Positions 1 through 12,184 of a DNA stretch of 64,000 bases are shown one piece after another. The DNA lies in contig OZ252100.1 of the NCBI GenBank assembly GCA_965248435.1, positions 1,248,001 through 1,312,000 of the forward strand. The letters are read 5' to 3'. Positions within the stretch are counted from its first letter, which is position 1; the number at the start of each line of letters is the position of its first letter. This DNA comes from Candidatus Latescibacterota bacterium. GTDB lineage: Bacteria; Latescibacterota; UBA2968; GCA-2709665. The notes below the pieces were generated by a model. It ran no database searches. It saw only the letters and a list, made by a program, of their open reading frames with translations, and had not been told where the DNA came from. The position numbers were made by a program, and so were the translations under genes.

Positions 1-329
1 CCCTCCTCTACTGCCCCGCCGAATCTTGATTCACCATATCACCTCATCCCCACTCGACTATCCACAGCTATAGGGCTAGCGCATGTCCACCCTTTCAGTT
101 GAAGAGAGGGTCAAAGAACCCGGTGTTAGGCCGCCGTTCACTAATTCCAAGAAACAAAATCCCCCAGGCCTGGCCATCAACAAGAACAATGTTCTGGTGA
201 TCAGGACAACCAACTCATCGAGTGACTGGACTTTGCCTCGGTAAGATCAGCGCATATACGGTCGCGCCCAAAGAAGAGTAGACCTAACAGATAAGAGCCT
301 AGGCTGCTACTCAAGATACGAAGTCCAAT

Positions 330-686
330 CTATTGGACTTGATCGATCGCCTCGATCAAGCTTCTGATCTGAGCGACCACGTCACGAGCGTCTTCATTGC
401 ACATGTGGTCTTCGTGCAAGCTCTCCGTCACAAATAACAGAACATCCGTTGACCGCATGGGAAGATGTACGCGAGACCCTATTTGGGCGCCCTCTTGAAC
501 ACAAATTTCCGTTTTGCATATTTCATTCGAAATAGTGAACCAGTATTTTCTCCTCACAATCTCCCAACAAGGGGGGAGATCAAGTGTGGACAACGCCTCG
601 TCTATTTGCATACAAGCCGCCTTCACCTCAATTTGGGAGTGAAACGTAGTGAATTTTTTTCCAATCACAGAATCGCTTTTCACCAA
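330..686 (-). CDS. Hypothetical protein
   Basis: 118-aa ORF with plausible composition and AAGGAG/GGGGCA-type purine stretch nearby; no family motif recognised. Confidence 0.4.
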   Translation of the reverse strand: MVKSDSVIGKKFTTFHSQIEVKAACMQIDEALSTLDLPPCWEIVRRKYWFTISNEICKTEICVQEGAQIGSRVHLPMRSTDVLLFVTESLHEDHMCNEDARDVVAQIRSLIEAIDQVQ

Positions 687-867
687 AATGCCCCAAAGGA
701 GACCAGTTCGTCTCTACAAGTGAACATTTCCCACGGAATAGAAAGAAATCTTCATGCCCCAAGAATTCTCTGTAACACCGGGCCTTAATTTCGACGATGC
801 GCGAATTGAGATGATTGAATCTAGTGAATGCGCTCGAAAGCTAAATTCCTGAATCCACGATACGGAC

Positions 868-1596
868 CTATGTTTTGTCAATCACCCACCAGTGTCTCGT
901 CCCGGAAATAGCTTCACATAATCTTTGGATCTTTTCAAGGATCGAATCTGCTGTAGCAGTCCACACGAATGGTTTGGCCTTTGTGTTGTAGTTCTCGGTG
1001 AAGGTGCGGATTTTGTCCACAAGTTCCTTTACGGATTTAAAGGATCCTCGCCGGATTGCCTTCTGAGTGATAGTATTGAACCAGATCTCGACCTGGTTGA
1101 GCCACGAAGCGTATGTTGGGGTGTAGTGAATGTGATACCTGGACCTGGCGGATAACCAGCGTTTGACCTTGGCGTGTTTATGGGTGCAGTAGTTGTCGAC
1201 GACAAGGTGGACGTTGAGGTTTTCAGGGATGTTCTCTTCGATGTGCCTGAGAAACTGCAGGAACTCTTGATGACGGTGTTTGCGTTTGCATTGAGTCAGG
1301 ACTTCACCCGTAGCGACGTCAAGTGCGGCGAACAAGGTTGTTGTTCTGTGCCGAATGTAGTCGTGCGTGACACCCTCGACATATCCAAGGCCGATCGGCA
1401 AGAGGGGTTGGGAGCGCTCGAGCGCCTGCGTCTGGCTCTTTTCGTCCACACATAGCACCATTGCGTGATCAGGGGGGTTGAGATATAATCCGACGATGTC
1501 GTGAACTTTCTCAACGAAGAAGGGATCGGTCGAGAGTTTGAAGTGTTTCTGCTTGTGGGGCTGAATAGCCAACATCGACCAGAGGCGCTGGATAGG
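868..1596 (-). mobile_element. IS630-family transposase remnant (DDE domain; N-terminal HTH missing)
   Basis: IS630 motifs: [57 protein letters not shown] and terminal ISGTRH. Homology starts near IQRLW (~1596); the upstream part of ORF 868..1704 looks unrelated. Confidence 0.9.
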
Positions 1597-1858
1597 TGCA
1601 GCTTCATGCTCAGAATGCGATTTATGCGATGACGCAACGCAGTGATCCGACAGAAAAACCTCTACGATCAACTCCGGCGTGCCTATTACGGGCACTCGGG
1701 GCACTTCATCGGACCCTCAAACCTCACCAGCCTGCTCTTGACTCGTTCTCTTTTCAAGTTTCCCTTCCTTTGGAGTCATAGAACAACAGAGTTGTGTCCA
1801 TCACGCACAGAGAGATTACTACATCCAGCTTGAACAACAGTCGGTCGGCAATGGAAGC

Positions 1859-2656
1859 TTAAGCAATCAATACATTAGGAAAGTCCTCATTTAGCTCGTT
1901 CTTACTGTCTCCTGGCCTGTTCGAGCAGTCAAGCCCATGTAGAACCCAAACACTCGGTTCGTTATAGATTCCGATATCTCGTTGTAGATCAATGGACACT
2001 GGGGACAAGGCTCCTTGAGGCAAATAGTCTCCAGACTCTGGAAATTCCATCCCAGTCCATTCCATCCATTCCTCAACTGATCCAGTAACGACGTATGAAC
2101 CAGAGGCTTCCTGAAGTACCCTACCTCCTTCTTGCCAATGGAATCGAAGCGAGGAATCAAATGGTGATCCATCACAGCGGACCCAAGCGATGTATCTATC
2201 AATACGCGTAAGTGGATATAGATTCTTAAGCGTGGGACGAACTGGAATGATCAAGTTGGTCATATCGTGATCGCTCGCTAGCCTTTTCAATGCAAGAAGC
2301 GCCTCCTTATCATATTCCTTTCTCTTTCTATCCTTTTCTATCGTGAAGCCCAGCCCGCATAGGGTATTAAAATTTTCTTCCTTGCTACTAAGCAAGCATT
2401 TTCGCAGAATGTCAGCCCAACTTCCCGCTAAGTCTTCCATTTTTCCGGTCCACGTAAATGGCACAGCGTGGCAATAGCCCTCCAATTCACAGTCTTTGTC
2501 AAGGCGGTACAGCTGGTATTTAGACAGTTTCTTAAGCAACTGTTCTGTAGTCTCCATAGGTACGAGTGAAAGGAATTCAGATCTAGACGGGTTGTTTGAA
2601 TTCCAAGTGAGACCCGCCCAATAAGGGGTATGTGAGTCTGCGTCTAAAGCAACCAT
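1859..2656 (-). CDS. GNAT-like N-acyltransferase family protein
   Basis: Family-typical strings IPVRPTLK.YPLT, DGSPFD..LRFH, GSVEEWMEWTGMEFPESGDY, YNEPSVW. Confidence 0.65.
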   Translation of the reverse strand: MVALDADSHTPYWAGLTWNSNNPSRSEFLSLVPMETTEQLLKKLSKYQLYRLDKDCELEGYCHAVPFTWTGKMEDLAGSWADILRKCLLSSKEENFNTLCGLGFTIEKDRKRKEYDKEALLALKRLASDHDMTNLIIPVRPTLKNLYPLTRIDRYIAWVRCDGSPFDSSLRFHWQEGGRVLQEASGSYVVTGSVEEWMEWTGMEFPESGDYLPQGALSPVSIDLQRDIGIYNEPSVWVLHGLDCSNRPGDSKNELNEDFPNVLIA

Positions 2657-2907
2657 AGTCTATCTACCCTAGCAAAGGATGTACATTTGCATACCACTGT
2701 CGTAGTTTAGCCTAGGCAATGGAAGCGCTTTTTAATACTCAGCTCACTTTCTAAACAATCTAAGTGCAGATACATTAGTCTTCAAGCAAAGAGAGGCCTC
2801 CCTAATTCTTACGGTATGTAAGTAGCACGACCTTTTTTGCTTATGTAGGAACTAGATCGTCCATAATATAATACCCGCCCTCAGCGGCATAGTTGGGGTA
2901 TCCATCC

Positions 2908-3513
2908 TCACTTTAAAAGAGGAACCAACTCATCCTGCTTGTAACGCACCGCCCAATGCACAGGCCTTTGACCTGTATGATCTTCAATGTTTTTGTCGGC
3001 TCCATTTTTCAGCAGTAGCTCAACAAAATCCCTATGACCATATGCTGCAGCCAGATGAAGAGGCGATTCGCCGCATACTGGAGGCGAAGTATCGAACATA
3101 TCTGTTGTCCCTTTTGATGTTCTGCAATTCACCTCCGCACCGTACTCAATCAAAATCATACCTATTTGTGTCAACCCCTTATACCCTGCAGCCATCAGCG
3201 CCGTCTCGCCACTAGCAGAAGTTGCACTAGGGTCAAGACCTCGTTCAAGTAGAAAGAGAGTTATTTCTTCCTGGGCTTCCCAAACAGCAATGTGCAAAGC
3301 CGTCCCATCTTGTCCAACAGTATTGAGATCGGCTCCCTGCTGCAGAAGGAATTTTACGATTTCAAGATGACCTCCCGCTGCCATCGACAGCGGAGTAGCA
3401 CCTTCTGAGTTTCTCGCAGCTATGAGTTCTGGATTCTTTTGCAATAGGGCTCGCACAGCATCAATGTCACCCTTCAAGCAGTGCTCGAGAATGGCCTTCT
3501 GATCAGTCTCCAT
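2908..3513 (-). CDS. Ankyrin repeat protein
   Basis: Several GxTPL/TALH..A..G repeats; AGGAGG RBS before ATG at 3513. Confidence 0.9.
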   Translation of the reverse strand: METDQKAILEHCLKGDIDAVRALLQKNPELIAARNSEGATPLSMAAGGHLEIVKFLLQQGADLNTVGQDGTALHIAVWEAQEEITLFLLERGLDPSATSASGETALMAAGYKGLTQIGMILIEYGAEVNCRTSKGTTDMFDTSPPVCGESPLHLAAAYGHRDFVELLLKNGADKNIEDHTGQRPVHWAVRYKQDELVPLLK

Positions 3514-3701
3514 GTCTGAATCCTCCTTGTATCGTTTAACATACACGACTTGTGCTCTAGGATGACGCCATTGTGCAGGCGTGTGGCAAATCTCTTATTG
3601 GTCTGACCCAACGGCACTTCGCTATTTCGGATATCCCGAACTGGCAGACCACATATGAACCCGAGTTCTCTGCCTAACAGAGGACTAGAGCTCAGTATAT
3701 T

Positions 3702-5381
3702 TCATCCTGCCACGCGTATCCCTCGAGCATCTCCAGACTCGGGAACACGACTATCTATGTCTACTTTTCCTGATTCCAGCTTGATTAGGCGATCCCCCAA
3801 GTGGTAATTCCGGTCGTCATGGCTAATAACCAATACAGTTTTTCCTCTGCCTCTAAGTTCCAATAAGACTTGCCTATAGAATATTTCTTGAAAAACGGGA
3901 TCCTGATCTGCTGCCCACTCGTCAAAAATGTAGAAGGGACGATCCTCTAAGTAGGCAGTGAGAAGGGCGAGACGTTTGCGCTGTCCCTGTGATAGAGCAG
4001 TAGTCGAAAGAGTCCCATCCTCAACCGAGACCTTGTGGTCGAGCCGAAGTCTCCTCAGAAAGTCACGTGCTTCTGCATCGAGTTCCAGTTTGTTTAACCC
4101 CAGTAGACTGTCAAAAAGGCAAAAATCAGCGAACACCACAGAGAAGAATTGACGGTAGGATTCCCGATTCTCGTCATTTATCTCCTGGCCTCCCAAACGT
4201 ATCCTTCCATTCTCAGGGATATAAAGGCCCACAAGAAGCTTTGCCAGAGTCGTTTTTCCACTCCCGTTCTCCCCAGACACGAAGACTAGCTCTCCTGGAC
4301 AAAAGGTCAGATTCAAAGGACCGAGCATGAATCCGCTCTCTCCACGCTCTCCGCCATAGTTGTGCGTGACGTCCTCCAATTCTAAACATTTCCAATTGGC
4401 ACCGACCGAGGATATCTGGTCGTCTTCCCGGGGAAGAATAACTTCTGAGCATTCGAATGTCGTCTCTACTTTATTCAGAGCAATATCAACCTGGTCCAGC
4501 TCGTTAAACAATACGACGATCCTTCCAACATGCGGCATCATGTAAAGGCTAACGAGCGCGTAGCCGGTTACGATGTGAGAGTCCGTCAATTCCAGCGATA
4601 ACATAACCAGAATAAATGTGCTAAGAAAGCCAAAGAACAGGAGTAACGTCCAATTTTCAGTGATAGAATCATAGATGTTCTTAATAACATTATACCGCTT
4701 TAAGGAACTAGCAGTAGGCTGAAGAACCTGAGACAGAAATGCTCTTCTACGGCGCGCATGGAGCTTGAGTTCCTTGATCCCTTCTGTTACTTTCCGAAAT
4801 TGACGAAACAGATTATCCTGCCCCTCGCGAGCGAGCCTTTTAAAACGAAAAGCCCTCTGCCTTATTCTCTGATTAGAAAGAATGCCTAGGCATAAGAAAC
4901 CCAATGCTATTGGCATGGCCTGCCAACAGAGATACCCCAAGTAAATCAAACTGCCAACTACAATGGTTGTATCCATAAGAAAGTTAGGGAATGTTCGAAG
5001 ACTCTTCGCAATAGTTGCGACATCCTGTGTGAGGACAACCATCTGGTTTGCAGGCCCAATGTCTTCCAAGCGGCGCAGAGGAGTCGAGAGAAGCTTCCCG
5101 CTCAGGTGCATCCATAGACCAGAAGAGGCATCATAGACAAGATGGACCAAGAGCGCATCAAAACCAACCCTGATGACAGGTACAAACATGCAGAGCAAGA
5201 CGAAACTCCAGGCGTGAGTAACGTCGGAGGAGTGGCCGCCCTTTAGTAAGATGTGGAAAATGGCCATAAGACCAGAGGTACCAATTCCACTGGCGACTGC
5301 GGCAACAACGGCTAGAAAAATTGCGCTCCAGGGTATGTCCACCTGACTGGTAATGCGCTTAGCTATGGATAGAAGATGCAT
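3702..5381 (-). CDS. Cyclic peptide export ABC transporter (SyrD/PvdE/YojI family)
   Basis: N-terminal TM helices, GIKELKL, Walker A GENGSGKTT, LSQGQRKRLAL, FDEWAADQDP. Start uncertain (ORF extends to 5474). Confidence 0.92.
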   Translation of the reverse strand: MHLLSIAKRITSQVDIPWSAIFLAVVAAVASGIGTSGLMAIFHILLKGGHSSDVTHAWSFVLLCMFVPVIRVGFDALLVHLVYDASSGLWMHLSGKLLSTPLRRLEDIGPANQMVVLTQDVATIAKSLRTFPNFLMDTTIVVGSLIYLGYLCWQAMPIALGFLCLGILSNQRIRQRAFRFKRLAREGQDNLFRQFRKVTEGIKELKLHARRRRAFLSQVLQPTASSLKRYNVIKNIYDSITENWTLLLFFGFLSTFILVMLSLELTDSHIVTGYALVSLYMMPHVGRIVVLFNELDQVDIALNKVETTFECSEVILPREDDQISSVGANWKCLELEDVTHNYGGERGESGFMLGPLNLTFCPGELVFVSGENGSGKTTLAKLLVGLYIPENGRIRLGGQEINDENRESYRQFFSVVFADFCLFDSLLGLNKLELDAEARDFLRRLRLDHKVSVEDGTLSTTALSQGQRKRLALLTAYLEDRPFYIFDEWAADQDPVFQEIFYRQVLLELRGRGKTVLVISHDDRNYHLGDRLIKLESGKVDIDSRVPESGDARGIRVAG

Positions 5382-5501
5382 CGGAAACCATTCGATGGGC
5401 TTTGTCTTAGAGCGGAAACTAGTGATCATCACCCGATCGGATCCGCAAGACATCGGCGGTCCGAGTCTGCTCACTCCAGAATTGACATTGGATGTTCAAG
5501 A

Positions 5502-8500
5502 TCACACGTCCTTATCAAGATAGGGCCCCAATAATTCCGCCAGGTTCTGAACATTTGGTTCAGCCAACATAGTGACGTGATCTCCTGAAACGATATGGTG
5601 CCTAATCGGTTTCGAAGTAAATCTTCCCCAGTCTAGTACGGGATTGCGAATCTCGAGGTACCTCCTGCTCGCACTGAAGAAAGTAACTTGCCCATGATAA
5701 ACCTGTGGTTTATAGCTTTCCAAGATTTGTCGACTTTCCACAGTAGCATTTCTGAAAATCTGAAAGAAACGACGGATTACTCTAGATGGAGTATTCGGAG
5801 GTATGACACCGGTTCCCTTTACTTGCTCTAGGATATGGTCCCATCGCTCGTCCGGACTGAGTTGTTGAATGTCATTGTAGAGATTGAGAGGATCTCTTTC
5901 AATGACGCCCGGCGCAAGCTCCATCATAATGAACTCGGTCATGAGTGCAGCATCCAAATCAATTTGTGCAGGTTTGTTCCCATCCGAAGGCTTCAGAGCA
6001 TTGACAGGCGCCCCACTGTCGAGCAAAGCGAGCAAGGCTACTTTGTGACCCTCCCTTTCCAACGCTTGCGCCATCTCAAAGGCTATTACACCCCCATTGC
6101 ACCAACCTCCTAAGAAATAGGGACCTAGCGGCTGAGCAATCTGCAAGGCATCAATGCACTCAAGTGCCTTGGCCTCGATCGTTTTGAGATCAGACTCTGG
6201 AGCTAGAGCCGGGGATTGCAAACCATAGAATGGCTGATCTAAACCCAGGTAGTTTGCAAGTAACTCGAAACGTTGATTAACGTATGAAGGCAGAAGTCCA
6301 CTCATGGGAGCAACGCAAAAGAATGGAAATTTCGATCCGTGCGGCTGAACCTCTATTAGTGGAGATCCGGTCCTAGAATCCTGCGGCAACTCACGGCTCG
6401 CACATACCTCTTGTCGTAGCATATTAGCCAAATTCTCCACGGTTGGAACTTTGAGAAGAGTAGCAAGCTGTATCTCTTGTTTGAATCGCTTCCGAAGCTG
6501 ATCCACCAAGCGTAGTGCAAGAAGCGAATGTCCCCCTAGATCGAAAAAACTATCAGTAGCACCGATAGGCTTTACGTCCAGAATGTCTTCCCAGATCTGC
6601 ACGAGTTGAACTTCCAGCGCATCACGAGGGGCTACGAAGACATCCTGTGGCTCGAGACTGATAACGTCTGCAGCTGGAAGAGAGCCGCGTTCCACTTTGC
6701 CACTGGGTGTCAGCGGCAAAGCATCTAACAACATAAAAGCAGAAGGAATCATGTAGTCGGGCAGCTTCTCTCTCAAAAAGCTACGCAGCTCGCTAGCTGT
6801 TGGTTTCAGCGTCTCCGCAGGGACAACATAACCCACTAGGCGTATGTCATCTGATTCATCCTTTCGTGTCACGACCACTGTCTCACGTACTGCCGGATGT
6901 CGACCTAGAACCGCTTCGACTTCCTCTAGCTCTACACGAAAGCCTCGAATCTTTACCTGATTGTCAATCCTTCCCAGAAATTGGATGTTACCATCGTGCA
7001 GATACTTGGCCAAATCTCCCGTCCTGTACAGTCGTCCTCCAGGCTCACCACTGAATGGATTGGGGACAAAAACATCAGCCGTCAATCCCGCCTGCTTCAG
7101 GTAGCTTTGAGCCAAGCAAACTCCACCGATGTAGAGCTCACCTGGAACATTTACAGGCACGGGCTGCAAGTGATGATCTAGCAAGTAAATCAGTGTGTTC
7201 GCGATGGGACGACCAATGGGAGGAAGTGTGGCCCAATCACTCGTAAGACCCATAAGGGTGTAGTCAGTAACGACATGTGTCTCAGAAGGTCCATATTGGT
7301 TGCGCAAGCTGCAATCACCCAATTCTTCAAAGAGACTTCGAATACGCCAGGTCATTTGCAACTGCTCACCAGCCGTTATGATTTCGCGCAAATACTTTGG
7401 AAGCGATTCTCGGCTCGTAATCGCATTGGCCATTTGCTGCAGAGCCACAAAGGGAATAAACAACCTTTCGATCTCTTTTTCTGCAAGCAAGCACAACAAA
7501 TTCACAATATCTCGCTGCAACTGACTTGAAATCAAAACTAGTGTGCCGCCTGAATACCAAGTGGAGAATATCTCTTGGAAGGAAACGTCAAAACACAGAG
7601 AAGCGAACTGTAGTGTCCTTGCCCCCTTAATAGGCTTTGAGTGACAGGCTTGCCACGCAATTAGATTCACGAGGGAACCTTGGGACATGGAAATTCCTTT
7701 GGGTCTTCCCGTAGACCCAGAGGTATATATCACGTAGGCGAGATTGTCAGCTGTGGCTACAGCATCCAAATTCTCTTCACTGTTCTCAGCTATGGCATCC
7801 CAATCTGAATCCAAACAAATGAGGCGCGCCTCACTCATAGGGATCAAATCCATCAGCGCTTTCTGTACTATCAACACTGGTGTTTGACAATCATTCATCA
7901 TAAATTCAAGTCGTTCTCTTGGGTACCCAGGGTCCAAAGGCAGATAGACACCGCCTGTCTTAAGAATTCCTAAAAGCCCGACCATCATCTCCAGCGATCG
8001 TTGCATATAGATCCCAACCACTACCTCGGGCCTTACACCCAAAGATCGCAAGTAGTGCGCCAACTGATTCGCCTGCCTGTTTAGTCTCCAATAGGTGAGC
8101 TGCCTAGATTCGTAGACCACAGCAACTGCATCGGGTGTTTTCGCGGCCTGAACCTCGAAGAGCTCGTGAATGCAACCATCGTAGGGGTAATCTTGCTTGG
8201 TCTCATTCCATTTTACCAACAGCTGAAATTGCTCTTGTTCGGACAGAAGCACGTGAGAATTGTAAGGTTCATGCGGTCGGCTGGCCATTAGAGTAAGGGC
8301 TCTCACGTAGTATGAGCCAATTACATCGATCTGGTCGCTACACAGTTCAGAAGAATCGTAATCGAGAAAAATTTGCACCTGTTGTGTGGAACGCTCCAAT
8401 GAGAAAGTTGACAGCAAAGTGAAATCTGTTTTCTCGAAAACGCTGCATCCCAGAGACTCTATCTCCTCGAAGCCTCGTAAGCTTTCAAATAGATGAAAGT

Positions 8501-11500
8501 GAACGAAATTAAATGCTGTTTCAAACAAAGTTTCTCCCCCCAAAATCTGCTGCATCTCTGCCATCGGGTACCGGCGGAAAGGCATCAACTCGCGTTCAGT
8601 TTCAAATGCCAATCCTACAAGGTCTGCCCAGGTTCCTCCAGAAAGTCTAATGCGGAACGGTAACGTATTTAGATAAAGGCCCAGCGCCCGATCACCGTCG
8701 ACATGTTCAGGCCTGCCATTAGATACGAGCCCCGTTAATACGTCTAGTTGGCCGCTAAGTAGGCTTAGTACTCTGAGATGAGTTGATAGTAACACACTTT
8801 TGAGAGGAGCCCCTGCAGATCCCGCGAGCTGGCTTAGTTCCTCCGACATCTTGAAAGACAATGTGATGGTTTTCCGGCCTTCCTCTTCTTTGTGAGTTGC
8901 GCTAGAGGGTCTCTGCAAACGCGGCAAAGCTAAAATAGTAGCTTCACTCAAGGCTTCTGTCCAGTAATGTTCACAGGCCTCGGACGCCAATGCCTGTTTT
9001 TCCAATACCACAAAATCTCGAAAAGTGGACCGGGGTGGTAATGAAATTGGCTTAGTATTATTGCCAATGAGAGAAAGATATCGTTGGAATAGCTCAACAA
9101 GCATCGAAGCTGTGCTCCAACCATCCAGAATTGCATGATGGAAACTCAACCCAAATTGAAATGTATCATCGGAGCGACGATGCACGTGAAAGCGCAAGAG
9201 TGGGGGACACGCCCAGTCAAAGGGCCGGAGCTTCTCAGCTTCCATCCAACCAGACAATTCTTCCTCTTGTTGTGCATGAGTTAAATTGCAGAGATCTTCC
9301 TCGAATATGGCAACATCTACCCTTTCATAAATCAGCTGGAAGGGCTCACTAAAACTATTTAGATCAAATGAAGCTCGCAGGATGGGGTGACATGCTATCA
9401 AATCCTTTACAGCGCTGTGTAGAGCCTGAGAGTCGTAACGCGCCTTAAGATGAAAACTGATAATATCATGGTAAATGCCAGTCTCGGTACTGTACTCCGT
9501 GTGGAAGAGCATACCCATCTGTAGTTTTGTTAGGGGATACGCGTCTTCCACTCCATCAGGTATCTTAAGTCGGTCAGTTTCGGAAACGAGGCTGAATGGA
9601 TGACTATATTTCTCTACAGTAGTATTGACACTTGCCCTTGTGAGTTCATTGGCCAGATCATGAATCGTTGGATGCCGAAAAAGCTGTTGCAGAGAAAGGT
9701 GCAGTCCTCTTTCCCTGAGGAGGCCAAGCACCTGGATACTACGAATTGAATCTCCTCCCAACTCAAAGTAGTTGTCATAAATACCGACTTGCTCGAGGCC
9801 AAGAACGTGCGCCCAAGTATCCGCTAACACCTTTTCCTCCTTGGTACGTGGCGCAACGAGAGCTTTTCCCAATTCTGGCCTTTTTTTATCAGGTACTGGA
9901 AGATTTTTGCGATCGATTTTTCCATTGTGCGTCAGCGGCATCGCATCAAGCACAATAAGGGTTGAAGGTACCATATATTCAGGTAGCCGCTTCTGTAGGA
10001 ACAGGCGAAGTTCGCCAAAAGATGGCGTAGGCTGATCGGCTCTCGTTGTTACATATGCCACAAGGCGCTTTCTCCCTGCATAATCATCACTTGCCAGCAC
10101 GACAACTTCCTTTACCGACGAGTGTTGGCCTAGCGCGCACTCAATTTCTACTGGTTCGACGAAATCCTCGAATCTTGACTTGATGATCGAAACGACCGCA
10201 AAACTCGAGATGTCCCTGCACACTATATCGGGCCCTATCTCCAGTCCTGTAAATGCGTTCGCCCGGAGCCTTAGCGAATGGATTGGGCACGAACTTTTCT
10301 GCCGTCAAATCAGGACGTCCTAGATACCCTCTGGCAAGGCCTACTCCCCCAATACACAACTCACCGACTCCCCCCACTGGCGTAAGCCCCAGGCGTTGAT
10401 CGAGCAGATAAATCTGCGTATTTGCAATGGGCCGCCCGATTGGAACTCCGCCGGAATTATGGATTCCTGAAGGGACTTCATAGACACAACATCCGACCAC
10501 TGTCTCTGTCGGTCCGTATTCGTTGATCAGCCTAGTATTAGGTGCAAAATTGAACCAAAAGGACAAACTATCTCCACGGAGGGCCTCCCCGCCTATAACT
10601 AGTACCCGTGCTTTCCCTGCAGCATCTTCACCAGACAACGACCGGTTGAGTATCTCAAGATGAGTAGGCGTAATCTTCACAAAGCTGAAATCATCGACCT
10701 CATGCAATACGGCACTAAGTGCCTCAATGTCACGGCACAGAAGCATCACCTGTTGTCCCACAAGCAGAGGGGAGAACAGACTAGTGACGGTCAGGTCGAA
10801 TCCAATTGGAGAGTGAACTGGAGAGCCGCGTCCTCCTGCCACTTCATATGCCTCTATACACCAATTTAGATAGTTGACCAAACCACGGTGTGGAATCGAA
10901 ACCCCCTTGGGCGCTCCGGTGGAGCCAGAGGTATATAATGTATAGGCCAAATTCTCGGAGTTCGCCTCGGGAATAGGATTATCTTTGCCTTCTGCTGCAA
11001 TGGATGCCCAATGAGTATCCAGGCAGACGGGCTGTGATCTTAACGGAGGCAACCTTTCAACAAGGTTCTGAATGGTCAGCACCACTGGCACTTGGGCATC
11101 CTCCAAAATGAGTGCCAGCCGTTCAGTCGGACAGGCTAAATCTAGGGGCAAATAGGCCCCCCCGGCCTTGAGGATCCCCATTACCCCAACAACGAGCTCT
11201 AGCGAATGTCTCATGTACAGACCCACGAACACCTCTGGCCCCACTCCAAACTTCTGTAGGAAGAAGGCGAGTTGATTAGCACGTACGTTGAGTTCGGTGT
11301 ACGTAAGCTGACGATGATCGCACACAGCAGCGATTCTATCCGGTGTACGCTTCACCTGCTCCTCGAAGAGCTGATGAACGCATTCCTTCTCCGGATAAAC
11401 AGTACGTGTCTTGTTAAATGCAACTAATACCTCGTGTCGCCATGCTTGTCCGAGAATTTCAAGATCACCGATTCTCTCTTCAGGATGTCCCACGATGCTC

Positions 11501-12159
11501 TTCAACAACGTATGGAATTGTTCTGCCAAGGCCTTGATATCCCTTTGAAAGAATTGGTTCATATCGTAATGAAATTCTAGATATAAACCACCCTTTCTAG
11601 ATACACATGAGAGTTTTATTTTGAAGCGATCAGTGCAAGCAAAATACTTGTAAATTGAAAATGATACGCCACTAGCCAAATGTTGATCGGGTTGTTCCTC
11701 GAATTCAAAACAACAGTGACAAAAAGGCAATCCGGTGCCATTCTCCCTCAAACCCAACACTTGCTGCCAGCAGAAACACTCCTGCCATTCACTGATATCC
11801 TGTGTAGATTCAACTAATCGTTTCAACACGTCACTGACCAGAAATTCTGCTTCAAGATTACAACGAAGCGGCACATACTTTGTAAAGAGTCCCAGGGCCT
11901 CTCCCAAGTCCTGGTGCGTTCTTCCCTCACAAGCCATGCCAACGACAAATTGTCTCTGTCCCGTAATGCGCCAGATCAGAATCTGCCAGCACGCCAAGAG
12001 GACTGTAGAGGCCGAAGTCTTGAAATTCCGAGAAATCCCCTCGAGCTTCAAGGTTACATCAGGAGCCACGACCAAAGGAACGCACTTTGGAGAAAATCTT
12101 CGCTCCTGTAGCGATTGAGTTTCGAATGGAAGCTTCAAACCCAGGAGAGATTTCGCCAA
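5502..12159 (-). pseudogene. NRPS, partial C-A(Asn-like)-T-C-A(Pro-like)-T-TE; frameshifted at ~10160 and 5'-truncated
   Basis: A-domain cores (YTSGSTG, YGPTE/YGPSE, YRTGD, QVKIRGFR), T motifs GGDSI and GGHSL, C motif HHAILDG, TE GWCNGG. ORF 10141..12159 ends QVKIRGFR|RTSRN while ORF 5502..10223 carries VEPVEIE in another frame. Confidence 0.88.
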
Positions 12160-12184
12160 GCGACATTGATGAAGAGATTAAACT

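Noticed and set aside
120-290. Integron attC sites (GTTAGGC at 125, ACCTAAC at 282)
   Set aside because: The core sites are in the wrong order for a single attC, there are no paired inner boxes, and no integrase is present.
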